64,000 bases of DNA, taken from the NCBI GenBank assembly GCA_028865095.1, contig JAGWLA010000004.1, positions 8,428-72,427 of the forward strand, given 5' to 3'. This document shows, one piece after another, positions 21,761 to 32,165 of this stretch. This DNA comes from Patescibacteria group bacterium. GTDB taxonomy: Bacteria; Patescibacteriota; Minisyncoccia; Phycocordibacterales; PALSA-1337. The notes under the pieces were generated by a model. It saw only the letters and a list, made by a program, of their open reading frames with translations. It did no database searches and was not told the origin of the DNA. The number at the start of each line of letters is the position of its first letter. Position 1 is the stretch's first letter. The position numbers and the translations under genes are program-made.

Positions 21761-21949
21761 TCACCGATACTTCATGACCTTCGGCGTCTTGTCGGCGAAG
21801 GACTGCTTGAGGCCGCACCACGGGCAGATCCATTCCGCGCGCTTCGGGGCGTCGCCGATGCCCCACCAGCCTTTGCATGAGCCGCATTGGAAATGGACGA
21901 AGCGCTCCACGGAGGTCGACCCGCGCGCTTTCTTCGGCGCCCGCTTCAT
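21761..21949 (-). CDS. Small zinc-ribbon protein (62 aa, two CxxC pairs), 4-nt overlap with the ddl stop
   Basis: FQCGSCKGWW...ICPWCGLKQ; translational coupling geometry with ddl. Confidence 0.5.
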   Translation of the reverse strand: MKRAPKKARGSTSVERFVHFQCGSCKGWWGIGDAPKRAEWICPWCGLKQSFADKTPKVMKYR

Positions 21950-22929
21950 CGGCCGTCTAGAGCGAGCCGGACGAGGTGGTCGACCAGCTCGTGGGTGCCG
22001 CTGCCGACGGCGCGCAGGGCTTTGGGGACCAGAGATTCCCCTGTCAGGCCCGGCAATGCGTTGGTCTCGAGGAAGTAGACGCCCCGGCGCGGGTGGATGA
22101 TGAAGTCGCTCCGCGAATAGTGCCGCAAGCCGAGGGCTTCGTGGGCCGCCGCCGCCAAGCGCTCGATCTCGCGCTTCAGGCCTTCGGAGAAGGAGGCGGG
22201 GACGATCTCCTCCGACTTCCCTGCATATTTCGCCTCATAGTCGAAGAAGCCCGCTTTCGGCCGGATCTCGATCGGCGGCAGGGCGTACAAAGGCTGGCCG
22301 CGGAACCCTTCCACGACGCCGCAGGTGGCTTCGATGCCGGGGATGAATTCTTCGATGACGACGGCGTCGCCGTGGGCCGCGGCGGCTTCGAGGGCGGGCC
22401 GCAGGCGGGAATGGTCCTTGACGACCGAGACGCCGATGGACGACCCGGCTCCGGCGGGCTTGACGACCGCGGGCATGAGGAACGTCCGGAAGAGGCCGGC
22501 GGCGGCGGCTTCAGGGTCGTCGAGGATCTCTTTCGACGAAAGTTCTTTCCAATAAGGGGTCTTGATGCCACGCCGGGCCGCGACGCCTTTGGCGAGGGAT
22601 TTATTCATGCTGACGGCGGAAGCGAGCGCGGAGGAGCCGGTGAACGGCACCCCGTGGGCCTCGAGGATCCGCTGGACGCCGCCGTCCTCTCCGTAGGCGC
22701 CGTGAAGGGCGTTGAAGACGGCGTCGACGCGGCCGAAGGCTTCGTGCGGCCTGACGGGCGCTCCGTCGATATGCCAGACGCCGCTCGTGTCTATGAAGAT
22801 GTCGACGGGGACGTACTTGTCGGCGAGGCGCTCCCGGAGCGCCGACAAGACGGCGGCGCCGCTTTGGAGCGACACGTCATATTCGGCGCTGGGGCCGCCG
22901 CGGAGCACGCCGATGCGGGTGATGGCCAT
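21946..22929 (-). CDS. ddl: D-alanine--D-alanine ligase
   Basis: ATP-grasp fold; N-terminal IGVLRGGPSAEYDVSLQSG and C-terminal motifs typical of Ddl; 327 aa. Confidence 0.9.
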   Translation of the reverse strand: MAITRIGVLRGGPSAEYDVSLQSGAAVLSALRERLADKYVPVDIFIDTSGVWHIDGAPVRPHEAFGRVDAVFNALHGAYGEDGGVQRILEAHGVPFTGSSALASAVSMNKSLAKGVAARRGIKTPYWKELSSKEILDDPEAAAAGLFRTFLMPAVVKPAGAGSSIGVSVVKDHSRLRPALEAAAAHGDAVVIEEFIPGIEATCGVVEGFRGQPLYALPPIEIRPKAGFFDYEAKYAGKSEEIVPASFSEGLKREIERLAAAAHEALGLRHYSRSDFIIHPRRGVYFLETNALPGLTGESLVPKALRAVGSGTHELVDHLVRLALDGR

Positions 22930-22936
22930 GGGGCCA

Positions 22937-24169
22937 TTATATCAGACTCTTCCTCCTCCGGGCGCGATGGAAAGCGAGGGCGAAGCGGTGCGCTTCGGCA
23001 TTGGCCAGGACGATGGCCGCTTTGTGGCGGCGGGCCAGAGCGGGGTCGCCGAGAAGATGGGAAGCCCGATGCCGCTCGTCTTTGGTCACGGCCACGACGG
23101 GGATGGATATGCGCCGCGCCTTGAGGACCGCTTCTGCCGCCCTCTTCTGGATGTCGTTGCCGTCCACGGCGATGAGGTCGGGGAACGGCCATTCGGGATG
23201 GTCGAGCCGGCGCGAAAGGATCTCGGCCAGGCTGGCGGCATCGTCGTTGGCCTGGCGCCGCACGATGAACTTCCGGTACTGGCCGGGCTCCGCTTCCCCG
23301 CCGGCGACGACGGTCATGGCCCCGGTCACGTTCGTGCCCGAGATATGGGCGATGTCATAGGCTTCGATGCGGAACGCCCCGCCTTCCTTCCCCGCCCCGC
23401 GGGCGCTCTCCTGCTTAATGAGAGAGACGTCGTCGATGTGGTCGATGGCATAGAGCAGGCGCTTGTAGCGCGAGGCGTCTTCGAAGCGCATGTCCGCCGC
23501 CGCCGCGGCCATGTCGGCGGCCAGCCCTTTCCGGATCAGGCGCTTCCTGCCCTCGAAGAAGAGGGTCAGATAGCGGATGGTCTTCAGATAGCGGGCGTGG
23601 GCGTCCGGCCCGTCGGCTCGCGGCGACCGGCCGAGGGCGCGATAGAAGGCCTCGTGCCGGGGGTCGGCCGCTTTCTTGTCCCTGAACGGGAAGAGCTTGC
23701 GCAAGATGCGCAAGGCTTCCTTGACCAGGCCCGCCTGGACGAAAGGGCCGAAAGCCGCGCTGACGGAGTACGGCAGCTCGCCGCGCAGCTTCAAAGAGTC
23801 GAAATCGCGGGCCCGGGCCAGGAAGACCCGCGGCCAGGGCTCGTCGGTGACGATGACGTACTGGTCGCTCTTGTCGTCGCGCTCGTCGACGTTGTAGCGG
23901 GGCTGGTAGCGCTTGATGAGCGCGGCCTCGAGGAGGATGGCTTCGAGGACCGAATCGGTCTCCTGCCAGGTCACCGCCGCCGCTTTGACGACCATGTCCA
24001 CGATGCGGGGGCCGCGCGTCTCGATGAGGTCGGCGGCGAAATAGCTGCGGAGCCGGTCGCGGAGCGAAGTGGCCCTGCCGATGTAGAGGGGGCGCGTGCG
24101 CGCGTCCCTCCATACGTAGACGCCCGGCGCGTCGGGAGCCTTGAGCTTGGCCAGCTTTTGACTAGTCAT
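22937..24169 (-). CDS. uvrC: Excinuclease ABC subunit C (short form lacking the C-terminal HhH domain)
   Basis: GIY-YIG N-domain (GVYVWRD...YIGRATSLRDRLRSYF) and C-terminal RNase-H-like nuclease region (IAVDGNDIQKRAAEAV...IPVVAVTKDE). Start at MTSQKLAKLK; the 534-aa track ORF adds a low-complexity extension. Confidence 0.8.
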   Translation of the reverse strand: MTSQKLAKLKAPDAPGVYVWRDARTRPLYIGRATSLRDRLRSYFAADLIETRGPRIVDMVVKAAAVTWQETDSVLEAILLEAALIKRYQPRYNVDERDDKSDQYVIVTDEPWPRVFLARARDFDSLKLRGELPYSVSAAFGPFVQAGLVKEALRILRKLFPFRDKKAADPRHEAFYRALGRSPRADGPDAHARYLKTIRYLTLFFEGRKRLIRKGLAADMAAAAADMRFEDASRYKRLLYAIDHIDDVSLIKQESARGAGKEGGAFRIEAYDIAHISGTNVTGAMTVVAGGEAEPGQYRKFIVRRQANDDAASLAEILSRRLDHPEWPFPDLIAVDGNDIQKRAAEAVLKARRISIPVVAVTKDERHRASHLLGDPALARRHKAAIVLANAEAHRFALAFHRARRRKSLI

Positions 24170-24196
24170 GGAATGTAGAGTATTGTAATGGCGGGC

Positions 24197-24210
24197 GGAA
24201 CGCAAGTTCC
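24197..24210. promoter_or_regulatory. Predicted LexA (SOS) box GGAACGCAAGTTCC (GAAC-N4-GTTC type) directly upstream of a TACAAT -10-like element and the uvrC start
   Basis: Perfect palindrome seen in sequence; the same half-sites recur upstream of the lexA operon at 55421-55436. Confidence 0.5.
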
Positions 24211-24224
24211 ATCGAGGGAAAACC

Positions 24225-24614
24225 TTGAAAATCGAGAGGTGCACGATGAATGATAACGATACGAATGATGCCTCCCCGATGCGGGAAGGCGGTCTCGACC
24301 ATGGACGGAGCTGGCCCGCGTGCGACGGGGGCGAACATGACGACGGGCTCGCTGAAGAGCTCAGCCCATGGCCTCCCCGGGTCAAGCCGTGCCGAGACAT
24401 CCTCGTCGGCGGGGCCATCTGGCTCGCCCTTATTGCCTTGTGTGGCGCAGCGGCCGTCTGCTGCGTCGAATTCAGAGCCGCCAGGATAGCGCTCTTCGTG
24501 CTTCTGGGGATCGGCATCGCCGTGCTGATATCCATCGGCATCTGCTATCGCGTAGCGCGCTTCATCGACAGCTACGACCAAGACAAGGAAAGCTCCTCCG
24601 GAGGCGAGCCATGA
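24225..24614 (+). CDS. Hypothetical small membrane protein (two TM segments); TTG start in track, alternative ATG at ~24246
   Basis: Divergent from uvrC; hydrophobic C-terminal half (ILVGGAIWLALIALCGAAAV...). Confidence 0.35.
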   Translation: MKIERCTMNDNDTNDASPMREGGLDHGRSWPACDGGEHDDGLAEELSPWPPRVKPCRDILVGGAIWLALIALCGAAAVCCVEFRAARIALFVLLGIGIAVLISIGICYRVARFIDSYDQDKESSSGGEP

Positions 24615-24705
24615 ACCTCGGGTCCCGCATCGGAGGCGAGCTTTCGAAGCTCGTCCCGCGGCGCATGCGCTTCCTGGTCGGGGGTCGCTCGCGATCATCG
24701 GCATC

Positions 24706-24891
24706 ATGAGCCTGCCGGTCATGGTCATCGCCCATCCGAAAGCTTTCGCTGCGGCGATCCTCCATAAAGACCTCAAAGCCGTCATCGGCGTTTGGAGATG
24801 GGGCATGCCCGTCGGCGCTCTGGCCGTCGGCGTCGTCGCGTCCCTTCTGGCTCTTCTCATCGTCGAAGCCGTCCTGTCGGCTTTCGGATGA
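24706..24891 (+). CDS. Hypothetical small membrane protein (61 aa)
   Basis: MSLPVMVIAHPKAF...VGVVASLLALLIVEAVL; followed by an intrinsic terminator. Confidence 0.4.
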   Translation: MSLPVMVIAHPKAFAAAILHKDLKAVIGVWRWGMPVGALAVGVVASLLALLIVEAVLSAFG

Positions 24892-24915
24892 GCGCTCATC
24901 CGCGGCCGCTCTCCT

Positions 24916-24943
24916 GCCGCTTGCATCGCAAGCGGCTTTTTTG
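24916..24943 (+). terminator. Rho-independent terminator (GCCGCTTGC-atc-GCAAGCGGC + TTTTTTG)
   Basis: 9-bp GC-rich stem followed by T6; sits between the small plus-strand ORFs and the convergent uvrA stop. Confidence 0.6.
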
Positions 24944-24959
24944 TGCGCGCTGCCGGCGC

Positions 24960-27590
<2,631 letters not shown>

Positions 27591-27645
27591 AGCGAAGCGA
27601 TGATATCACGGATGAGGCCCCGTGGGAAGCGGCGGCCGCTCCCCG

Positions 27646-28521
27646 CTACTTCGCCTGGTGGAGGCTCCTGATCTCCGAGACGATCTCGTCGAGGGAGGCG
27701 GCGGCTTTGACCAGGAATTTCTGGGCTCCGAGGATCTGGGCTTTCTCGATGTCGCTCTGCTTGCTCAAATTGGACAGGATCATGACCGGGACCTTGGAGA
27801 GCTGGGCGTCCTTCTTGATCTCCTGGAGGATGTCGAAGCCGCTCATCCCCGGAAGGACGACGTCGAGGACGATGATGTCGGGCACGGTCTGCTTCAGGGC
27901 GGAAAGGGCTTCGGTGCCGTTGCTGGCATGGAAGAGGTCGAAGCCGGAGGAGATGAGCTTCTTGGAGAGCATGGTGCTGATGAGCTTGTCGTCCTCGACC
28001 CAGAGGACTTTGAGCTTGTCGGCGGCGGGGCCGGCGGCCGACCGCTCGGCGAGCGGAGAGTGGCCGAAGCGCCGGTCGACTTTCTGCACTACGTCGGCAG
28101 GGTCGAGGTGGAGGGCCATCAGGAACTCCTCCACGCTGCCTTCGGGCACCTTGTGCATGTTGATCGGCACGCCCTGGACGGACATGAGATAGAGGGGCAC
28201 CCGGGCGATGGCCGGGTCGGCCTGCTTCTTGGCGAGGACGTCGTAGCTGTCGGCGCCGGTCAGGGTGACGTCGAGGATGACGAGCTGCGGCTTCTGGTCA
28301 TATATGCTCTGCAAAGCCTGGGTGCCTTCCTTGACGAGGGCCACCGGATAGCCGTCGGCCCGCAAAGCGTCCGCCAGCTGCTCGCCCATGGCGCCGTCGC
28401 CGACGATGAGAAGGACTTTCTCCTGCCGGGGGATGGCTTCGAGCGGGGCGGAAGAGCTGGGGGTCATGGCGCCATTATATACTACCTGCGGCGCTTCGCC
28501 CCTGTTGATAGCGTTTGACAC
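27646..28521 (-). CDS. Orphan tandem receiver-domain (REC-REC) response-regulator protein without output domain; first REC looks degenerate
   Basis: Second domain canonical (KVLWVEDD...IIVLDVVLPGMSG...KVPVMILS...KAQILGAQKFLVK); first domain has DG instead of the DD acidic pair. 55 nt upstream of uvrA on the same strand. Confidence 0.65.
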   Translation of the reverse strand: MSNAINRGEAPQVVYNGAMTPSSSAPLEAIPRQEKVLLIVGDGAMGEQLADALRADGYPVALVKEGTQALQSIYDQKPQLVILDVTLTGADSYDVLAKKQADPAIARVPLYLMSVQGVPINMHKVPEGSVEEFLMALHLDPADVVQKVDRRFGHSPLAERSAAGPAADKLKVLWVEDDKLISTMLSKKLISSGFDLFHASNGTEALSALKQTVPDIIVLDVVLPGMSGFDILQEIKKDAQLSKVPVMILSNLSKQSDIEKAQILGAQKFLVKAAASLDEIVSEIRSLHQAK

Positions 28522-28575
28522 CCTTCGCAGGCGGGGCTATATTCAGGCCAGTTACGACAACGACAAGGAGCAAAT

Positions 28576-28968
28576 ATGAAAGATAAAGAAGCGACGGTAG
28601 GCCAAACGCCTTTTACCCGAGGGTTGAGCCGCCTTGCGGCGGCCCTGCTGAACCGGAACGACCTCGCTGGCGTCGTCCCGAAAGAGGCGGCAGTCAAGCT
28701 CGACCGGCTGGCGAGATACATGAGGGGGGAGCTCAAGGACGAGGGGATCGCATCGTGCGACCCCTACGCCATATGCGAGGACGTCATCATCGACATCGAT
28801 TATGACAAGATCGATAAGCGGTCCGGCACGCAAGCCCTCGGCGAGATCTTCGCCGACCTGAAGTCGTCCCTCATCGATGTCCCGGATGAGACGGCGATCG
28901 GGCTCGATTTCGTGCTCGGCTGCCAGATCAAGCAGCATTGTCCTGCGCTGCCGGCCAAGCAGATCTAG
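28576..28968 (+). CDS. Hypothetical protein (130 aa)
   Basis: Strong RBS AAGGAG 7 nt upstream of the ATG; coding-like composition; no family recognised. Confidence 0.5.
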   Translation: MKDKEATVGQTPFTRGLSRLAAALLNRNDLAGVVPKEAAVKLDRLARYMRGELKDEGIASCDPYAICEDVIIDIDYDKIDKRSGTQALGEIFADLKSSLIDVPDETAIGLDFVLGCQIKQHCPALPAKQI

Positions 28969-29014
28969 AGACCTGCCCCGAAGGACCCTCGCAGAGCCTA
29001 TCCCAGGCTCTTTT

Positions 29015-29770
29015 TTATTTCCTGCTGTCCCCTTTTATGGTGGCGATGGCTTCTTGGACGGTGGTCATGAACTGGGCCGGGAATATGATGGTGGAGTTCT
29101 TCTCCGTGGCGATCTCGGACATGGTCTGCAACGTGCGCAGCTGGAGAGCGACCGGATGCGATGCGATGAGGTCGGCGGCCTGGCCGAGCTTCTCCGCGGC
29201 CTGGAATTCGCCCTGGGCGGCGACGATCTTGGCGCGGCGCTCGCGCTCGGCTTCGGCTTCCTTGGCCATGGCGCGCTGCATGTTGTCGGGCAGGACGATG
29301 TCCTTGATCTCGACGGCGGTCACCTGGGCGCCCCACGGCTCGGTGTGGGTGTCGATGACGTCCTTGATCTGGACGTTGATGTCGCCGGTCTGCGACAGGA
29401 GCTGGTCGAGCATGAAGCGCCCGACGACGTTCCTGACGGTCGTCTGGCTGATCTGGTTGACGGCGTCATGGACGTTCTCGATGGCTACGACCGACTTCAT
29501 GGAGTCGACGATGTGGTAATAAGCAACGGCGGCGATGTCGATGGAGACGTTGTCCTTGGTGATGATCTTCTGCGACGGGATGTTCATGGTGATGGTACGC
29601 AGGGTCACCTTGGTCATGCGCTCGAATATCGGGATGAGGATGATCAGGCCGGGCCCGCGCACGCCCGTGGCTTTGCCGAGGAAGAAGATGACGCCGCGGT
29701 CGTATTCCTTGACGACGCGAAGGGACGCGAACACGAGCAGGACGACGATGATAAGGATGGTGGTGAGCAT
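29015..29770 (-). CDS. SPFH/band-7 (stomatin/HflK-C-like) membrane protein
   Basis: N-terminal TM anchor, SPFH core, C-terminal coiled-coil ([22 protein letters not shown]...). Confidence 0.85.
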   Translation of the reverse strand: MLTTILIIVVLLVFASLRVVKEYDRGVIFFLGKATGVRGPGLIILIPIFERMTKVTLRTITMNIPSQKIITKDNVSIDIAAVAYYHIVDSMKSVVAIENVHDAVNQISQTTVRNVVGRFMLDQLLSQTGDINVQIKDVIDTHTEPWGAQVTAVEIKDIVLPDNMQRAMAKEAEAERERRAKIVAAQGEFQAAEKLGQAADLIASHPVALQLRTLQTMSEIATEKNSTIIFPAQFMTTVQEAIATIKGDSRK

Positions 29771-29851
29771 GGTGATAGTATAGCACTTAATTATTTGGTA
29801 AGATTAACGTCACCAAGGTCGTCTTTATCAGTGGTAGCTTCGTAAGATATC

Positions 29852-30100
29852 ATGCCGAAATTGCCAAGGCTTCGTTTGACTACTCACGCCCAGATGAGGA
29901 TGGTTGAAAGGACCATCGATATAGATAATGCCAAGCGAGCTATCGCCGAGCCGGATGAAAGGAAAGCTGATCCTTATGGAAAGATACGGGTAATCAAGAA
30001 GATCGGTGGCAGGACAGTCGTTGTGGTATACTCTGATGAGAAATTCAAGGATAGAAAAAACGAGTATCTGGTCATCACTTTTTACTATCTAGACAAATAA
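29852..30100 (+). CDS. DUF4258-family protein (putative toxin of a type II toxin-antitoxin pair)
   Basis: 82 aa; low GC; immediately followed (9-nt gap) by a DUF2283-like gene, the usual partner. Confidence 0.55.
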   Translation: MPKLPRLRLTTHAQMRMVERTIDIDNAKRAIAEPDERKADPYGKIRVIKKIGGRTVVVVYSDEKFKDRKNEYLVITFYYLDK

Positions 30101-30109
30101 TACAAAACT

Positions 30110-30349
30110 ATGAAATTCAATTATGATCGGGTGGCGGATGCGGTCTACCTCAACCTCAATGAAGGAAAGGTGAAGAAGACCTTAGAGATGAAAGATGACG
30201 TCATCGTCGATGTCGGCGAGAAAGGAAAGATAATCGGCATCGAGATTCTGAACTTTTCGTATCAACAGAAAGACAAGGATTCTATCGCCGATCTGGTCAA
30301 GTCAGGTGTCCCCATGCAGATAATCGAAGCGACTCCGACAGTGGCTTAG
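30110..30349 (+). CDS. DUF2283-family protein (putative antitoxin)
   Basis: MKFNYDRVADAVYLNLNEGKV...GKIIGIEILNFS matches the DUF2283 pattern (MKxxYDxEADAxYIxL...GIEIL). Confidence 0.6.
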   Translation: MKFNYDRVADAVYLNLNEGKVKKTLEMKDDVIVDVGEKGKIIGIEILNFSYQQKDKDSIADLVKSGVPMQIIEATPTVA

Positions 30350-30352
30350 CGA

Positions 30353-30590
30353 TTAGAACAACTTACCACCGACAATCGCACCATCTTTATCTGGCCGTAT
30401 CAGAATGACGTTGCCGTCCTTGTCCGGCACGCCCAAGGTCAGGACTTCGGACATGAACGGGCCGATCTTCCTGGGCGGGAGATTGAATTATTTCTTGTAC
30501 GCCGGCTTCCTGGCCTCCGGAAAATCGGACGCCTCGAGCACCCTGCCCACGCGTATGTCCAGCTTATTGAAGTCGTCGATGGTGGGCATG
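30353..30590 (-). pseudogene. Decayed CsaA/Trbp111-type tRNA-binding-domain gene (in-frame TAA after codon 33 plus internal deletion of ~30 codons)
   Basis: Manual translation: MPTIDDFNKLDIRVGRVLEASDFPEARKPAYKK* then the same frame continues FNLPPRKIGPFMSEVLTLGVPDKDGNVILIRPDKDGAIVGGKLF, matching CsaA blocks on both sides of the missing WIDFG...segment; genome-like GC, unlike its AT-rich neighbours. Confidence 0.55.
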
Positions 30591-30593
30591 AAT

Positions 30594-31130
30594 TTATGCA
30601 GTTATTTGATGCTTGAAATGGCTAAGCTTTATCGCAGGAATGCTACTTTGTTGAGCGTAGACGCTTAAGCCGAGGTCGTCGGTCAGAATAGCCAGCTTCT
30701 TGTCTTTTAGTCTTGCTATCTCGAATATGCCCAGATCAGTGAATCCGTAGTTGTATATTATTTCCACGCCCATACCCATGAATGATCTCATATCGCAGCT
30801 TTCTTCTTTAGCTGTCTCTAAGAAACAGATTATTGACTGGAAATAGTCTAATGACTTCTCGCCTCTGACCTTGAAAGCTTGTTTGGATAGATTAGATAAC
30901 TCGGCTAGGATATGCGGGGTGATCACCAGCTTTCTACCGTTGAATAGTCCTAATATGTTCTTGAGTTTAGCGTAGTCTTCCTGGTCGAATCCAGAGATAA
31001 TATTGCAATTGCCGATTAAGCTCTGGTCATAATCACCTATGAGCAACAGAAGCAACACCTGGGTATCAATGATGATGCCTTCAGGCTGGAATTTGAAGAT
31101 GTAAGCCTTTATCTCTTCGAAATCGAACAT
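30594..31130 (-). CDS. PIN-domain-like protein (putative nuclease/toxin), AT-rich
   Basis: IIIDTQVLLLL (first PIN Asp), ...ILAELSNL, ...LAILTDD acidic residues in PIN-like spacing; weak assignment. Confidence 0.45.
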   Translation of the reverse strand: MFDFEEIKAYIFKFQPEGIIIDTQVLLLLLIGDYDQSLIGNCNIISGFDQEDYAKLKNILGLFNGRKLVITPHILAELSNLSKQAFKVRGEKSLDYFQSIICFLETAKEESCDMRSFMGMGVEIIYNYGFTDLGIFEIARLKDKKLAILTDDLGLSVYAQQSSIPAIKLSHFKHQITA

Positions 31131-31135
31131 GAGAT

Positions 31136-31444
31136 CTACACCTTCCTTATTCTCATTGCTAGCACGCTCTTGCCATCAGCTGTGACATCAAAATCCTTGT
31201 ACTCTCTCTTCTTATCGAATTGCAAATCTCCGCTAACGTCGTAACTCAACGTTATCTTGAAATTCTTAGTAGTCTGGTCTGTCACAACTTCCTCTACTCT
31301 GAAATTAGAAAGTTTATCAAGTGATGTCCCACCAGCCACGAGCGCATTGACGAGGTATTTATAGGCCGTATTTACGGCTGTTGTTGTGGTTTCTGTAGAC
31401 ATATGAAAATGGTTAGCTATTGATTGATAATGCGTAAACGCCAC
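31136..31444 (-). CDS. Hypothetical protein (102 aa) immediately upstream of the PIN-like gene (possible cognate partner)
   Basis: 5-nt gap to the PIN gene on the same strand; AT-rich. Confidence 0.35.
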   Translation of the reverse strand: MAFTHYQSIANHFHMSTETTTTAVNTAYKYLVNALVAGGTSLDKLSNFRVEEVVTDQTTKNFKITLSYDVSGDLQFDKKREYKDFDVTADGKSVLAMRIRKV

Positions 31445-31664
31445 CTTATCATATCATGCTGTCTCCTCCAAACTTGGCTTGCACCTGTATAGATGCATGT
31501 ATAAGCTGTTAATTACAGGTGACAAGCGTCTGGACGTACGTAGTCTCTTGAGAATTACCGTTGCCGATCTCCAGTCTTGATCTGCTTGACAAAATTTTTG
31601 CCTTGAATCTTATCTTGTTCCCAAGATCCAACCCATTGAAACATCGATGAGAGAACCCATGAGA

Positions 31665-31943
31665 CTAGTCTCCTATATCCTCAATTGATTTGAATCCGGC
31701 CATGTTCATAAATTTTCTTCCTTTACCGCGTTTCTCATTTTCAAGCATATCAATTATTTTGATTAGAAACTTCTTCCTATCGATATTGTGACTGGAAGTT
31801 CTAGTTGAAGACATGATTTCTTCTTCAATTAGGGGACTTATCTCGAAACCGGCTAGAAAACCACGAACCTCGTGTGGCTTCAGCTCCTTATCCTTAAAGA
31901 AGTCTGATACCATTTTGTCTGCTTGTCGCTTAAGGAAAAACAT
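31665..31943 (-). CDS. Hypothetical small protein (92 aa), AT-rich island
   Basis: Abuts the upstream 67-aa ORF (stop/start adjacent); Lys-rich. Confidence 0.3.
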   Translation of the reverse strand: MFFLKRQADKMVSDFFKDKELKPHEVRGFLAGFEISPLIEEEIMSSTRTSSHNIDRKKFLIKIIDMLENEKRGKGRKFMNMAGFKSIEDIGD

Positions 31944-32147
31944 TTAGTTATGATTCTTGCTAATAATCTCAGTAAGTAAATGCTCGGCAATCATTTCTGG
32001 TTTTGAGCCACCAATCTGTGTAGCTTTTTCTCCGTATGAGGAGGAGACTTTAATTGTTTGCCCCTTAACTATGTAACGTCCGACAAACTCCTTTCCATCA
32101 ATCACAACTTTGATGTTCCTAGCATTGTCATAGTCCCTCTGATTCAT
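31944..32147 (-). CDS. Hypothetical small protein (67 aa), AT-rich island
   Basis: Adjacent to and co-oriented with 31665..31943; possible two-gene module. Confidence 0.3.
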   Translation of the reverse strand: MNQRDYDNARNIKVVIDGKEFVGRYIVKGQTIKVSSSYGEKATQIGGSKPEMIAEHLLTEIISKNHN

Positions 32148-32165
32148 AATAATTGGATTATACTC

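Larger units (their letters stand above)
29790..32160. mobile_element. AT-richer accessory segment (toxin-antitoxin pair, PIN-like gene, small ORFs) interrupted by a genome-GC csaA remnant; wedged between the SPFH gene and uvrB
   Basis: Composition shift visible in sequence; toxin-antitoxin content; adjacent native gene (csaA-like) is decayed. Confidence 0.35.

Noticed and set aside
22937-24541. 534-aa version of uvrC, and similar N-terminal extensions of uvrB (34376), ychF (16441), the 48395 gene (49558), the 53695 gene (54729), csoR (62455) and the ATP-cone gene (6529)
   Set aside because: The extensions are low-complexity, overlap upstream genes or operator/SOS sites, and conserved protein N-termini begin at internal ATGs.
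30405-30668. Plus-strand 87-aa ORF between DUF2283 and the PIN-like gene
   Set aside because: The opposite strand carries the recognisable (decayed) csaA-like reading frame; the plus-strand ORF is antisense noise.
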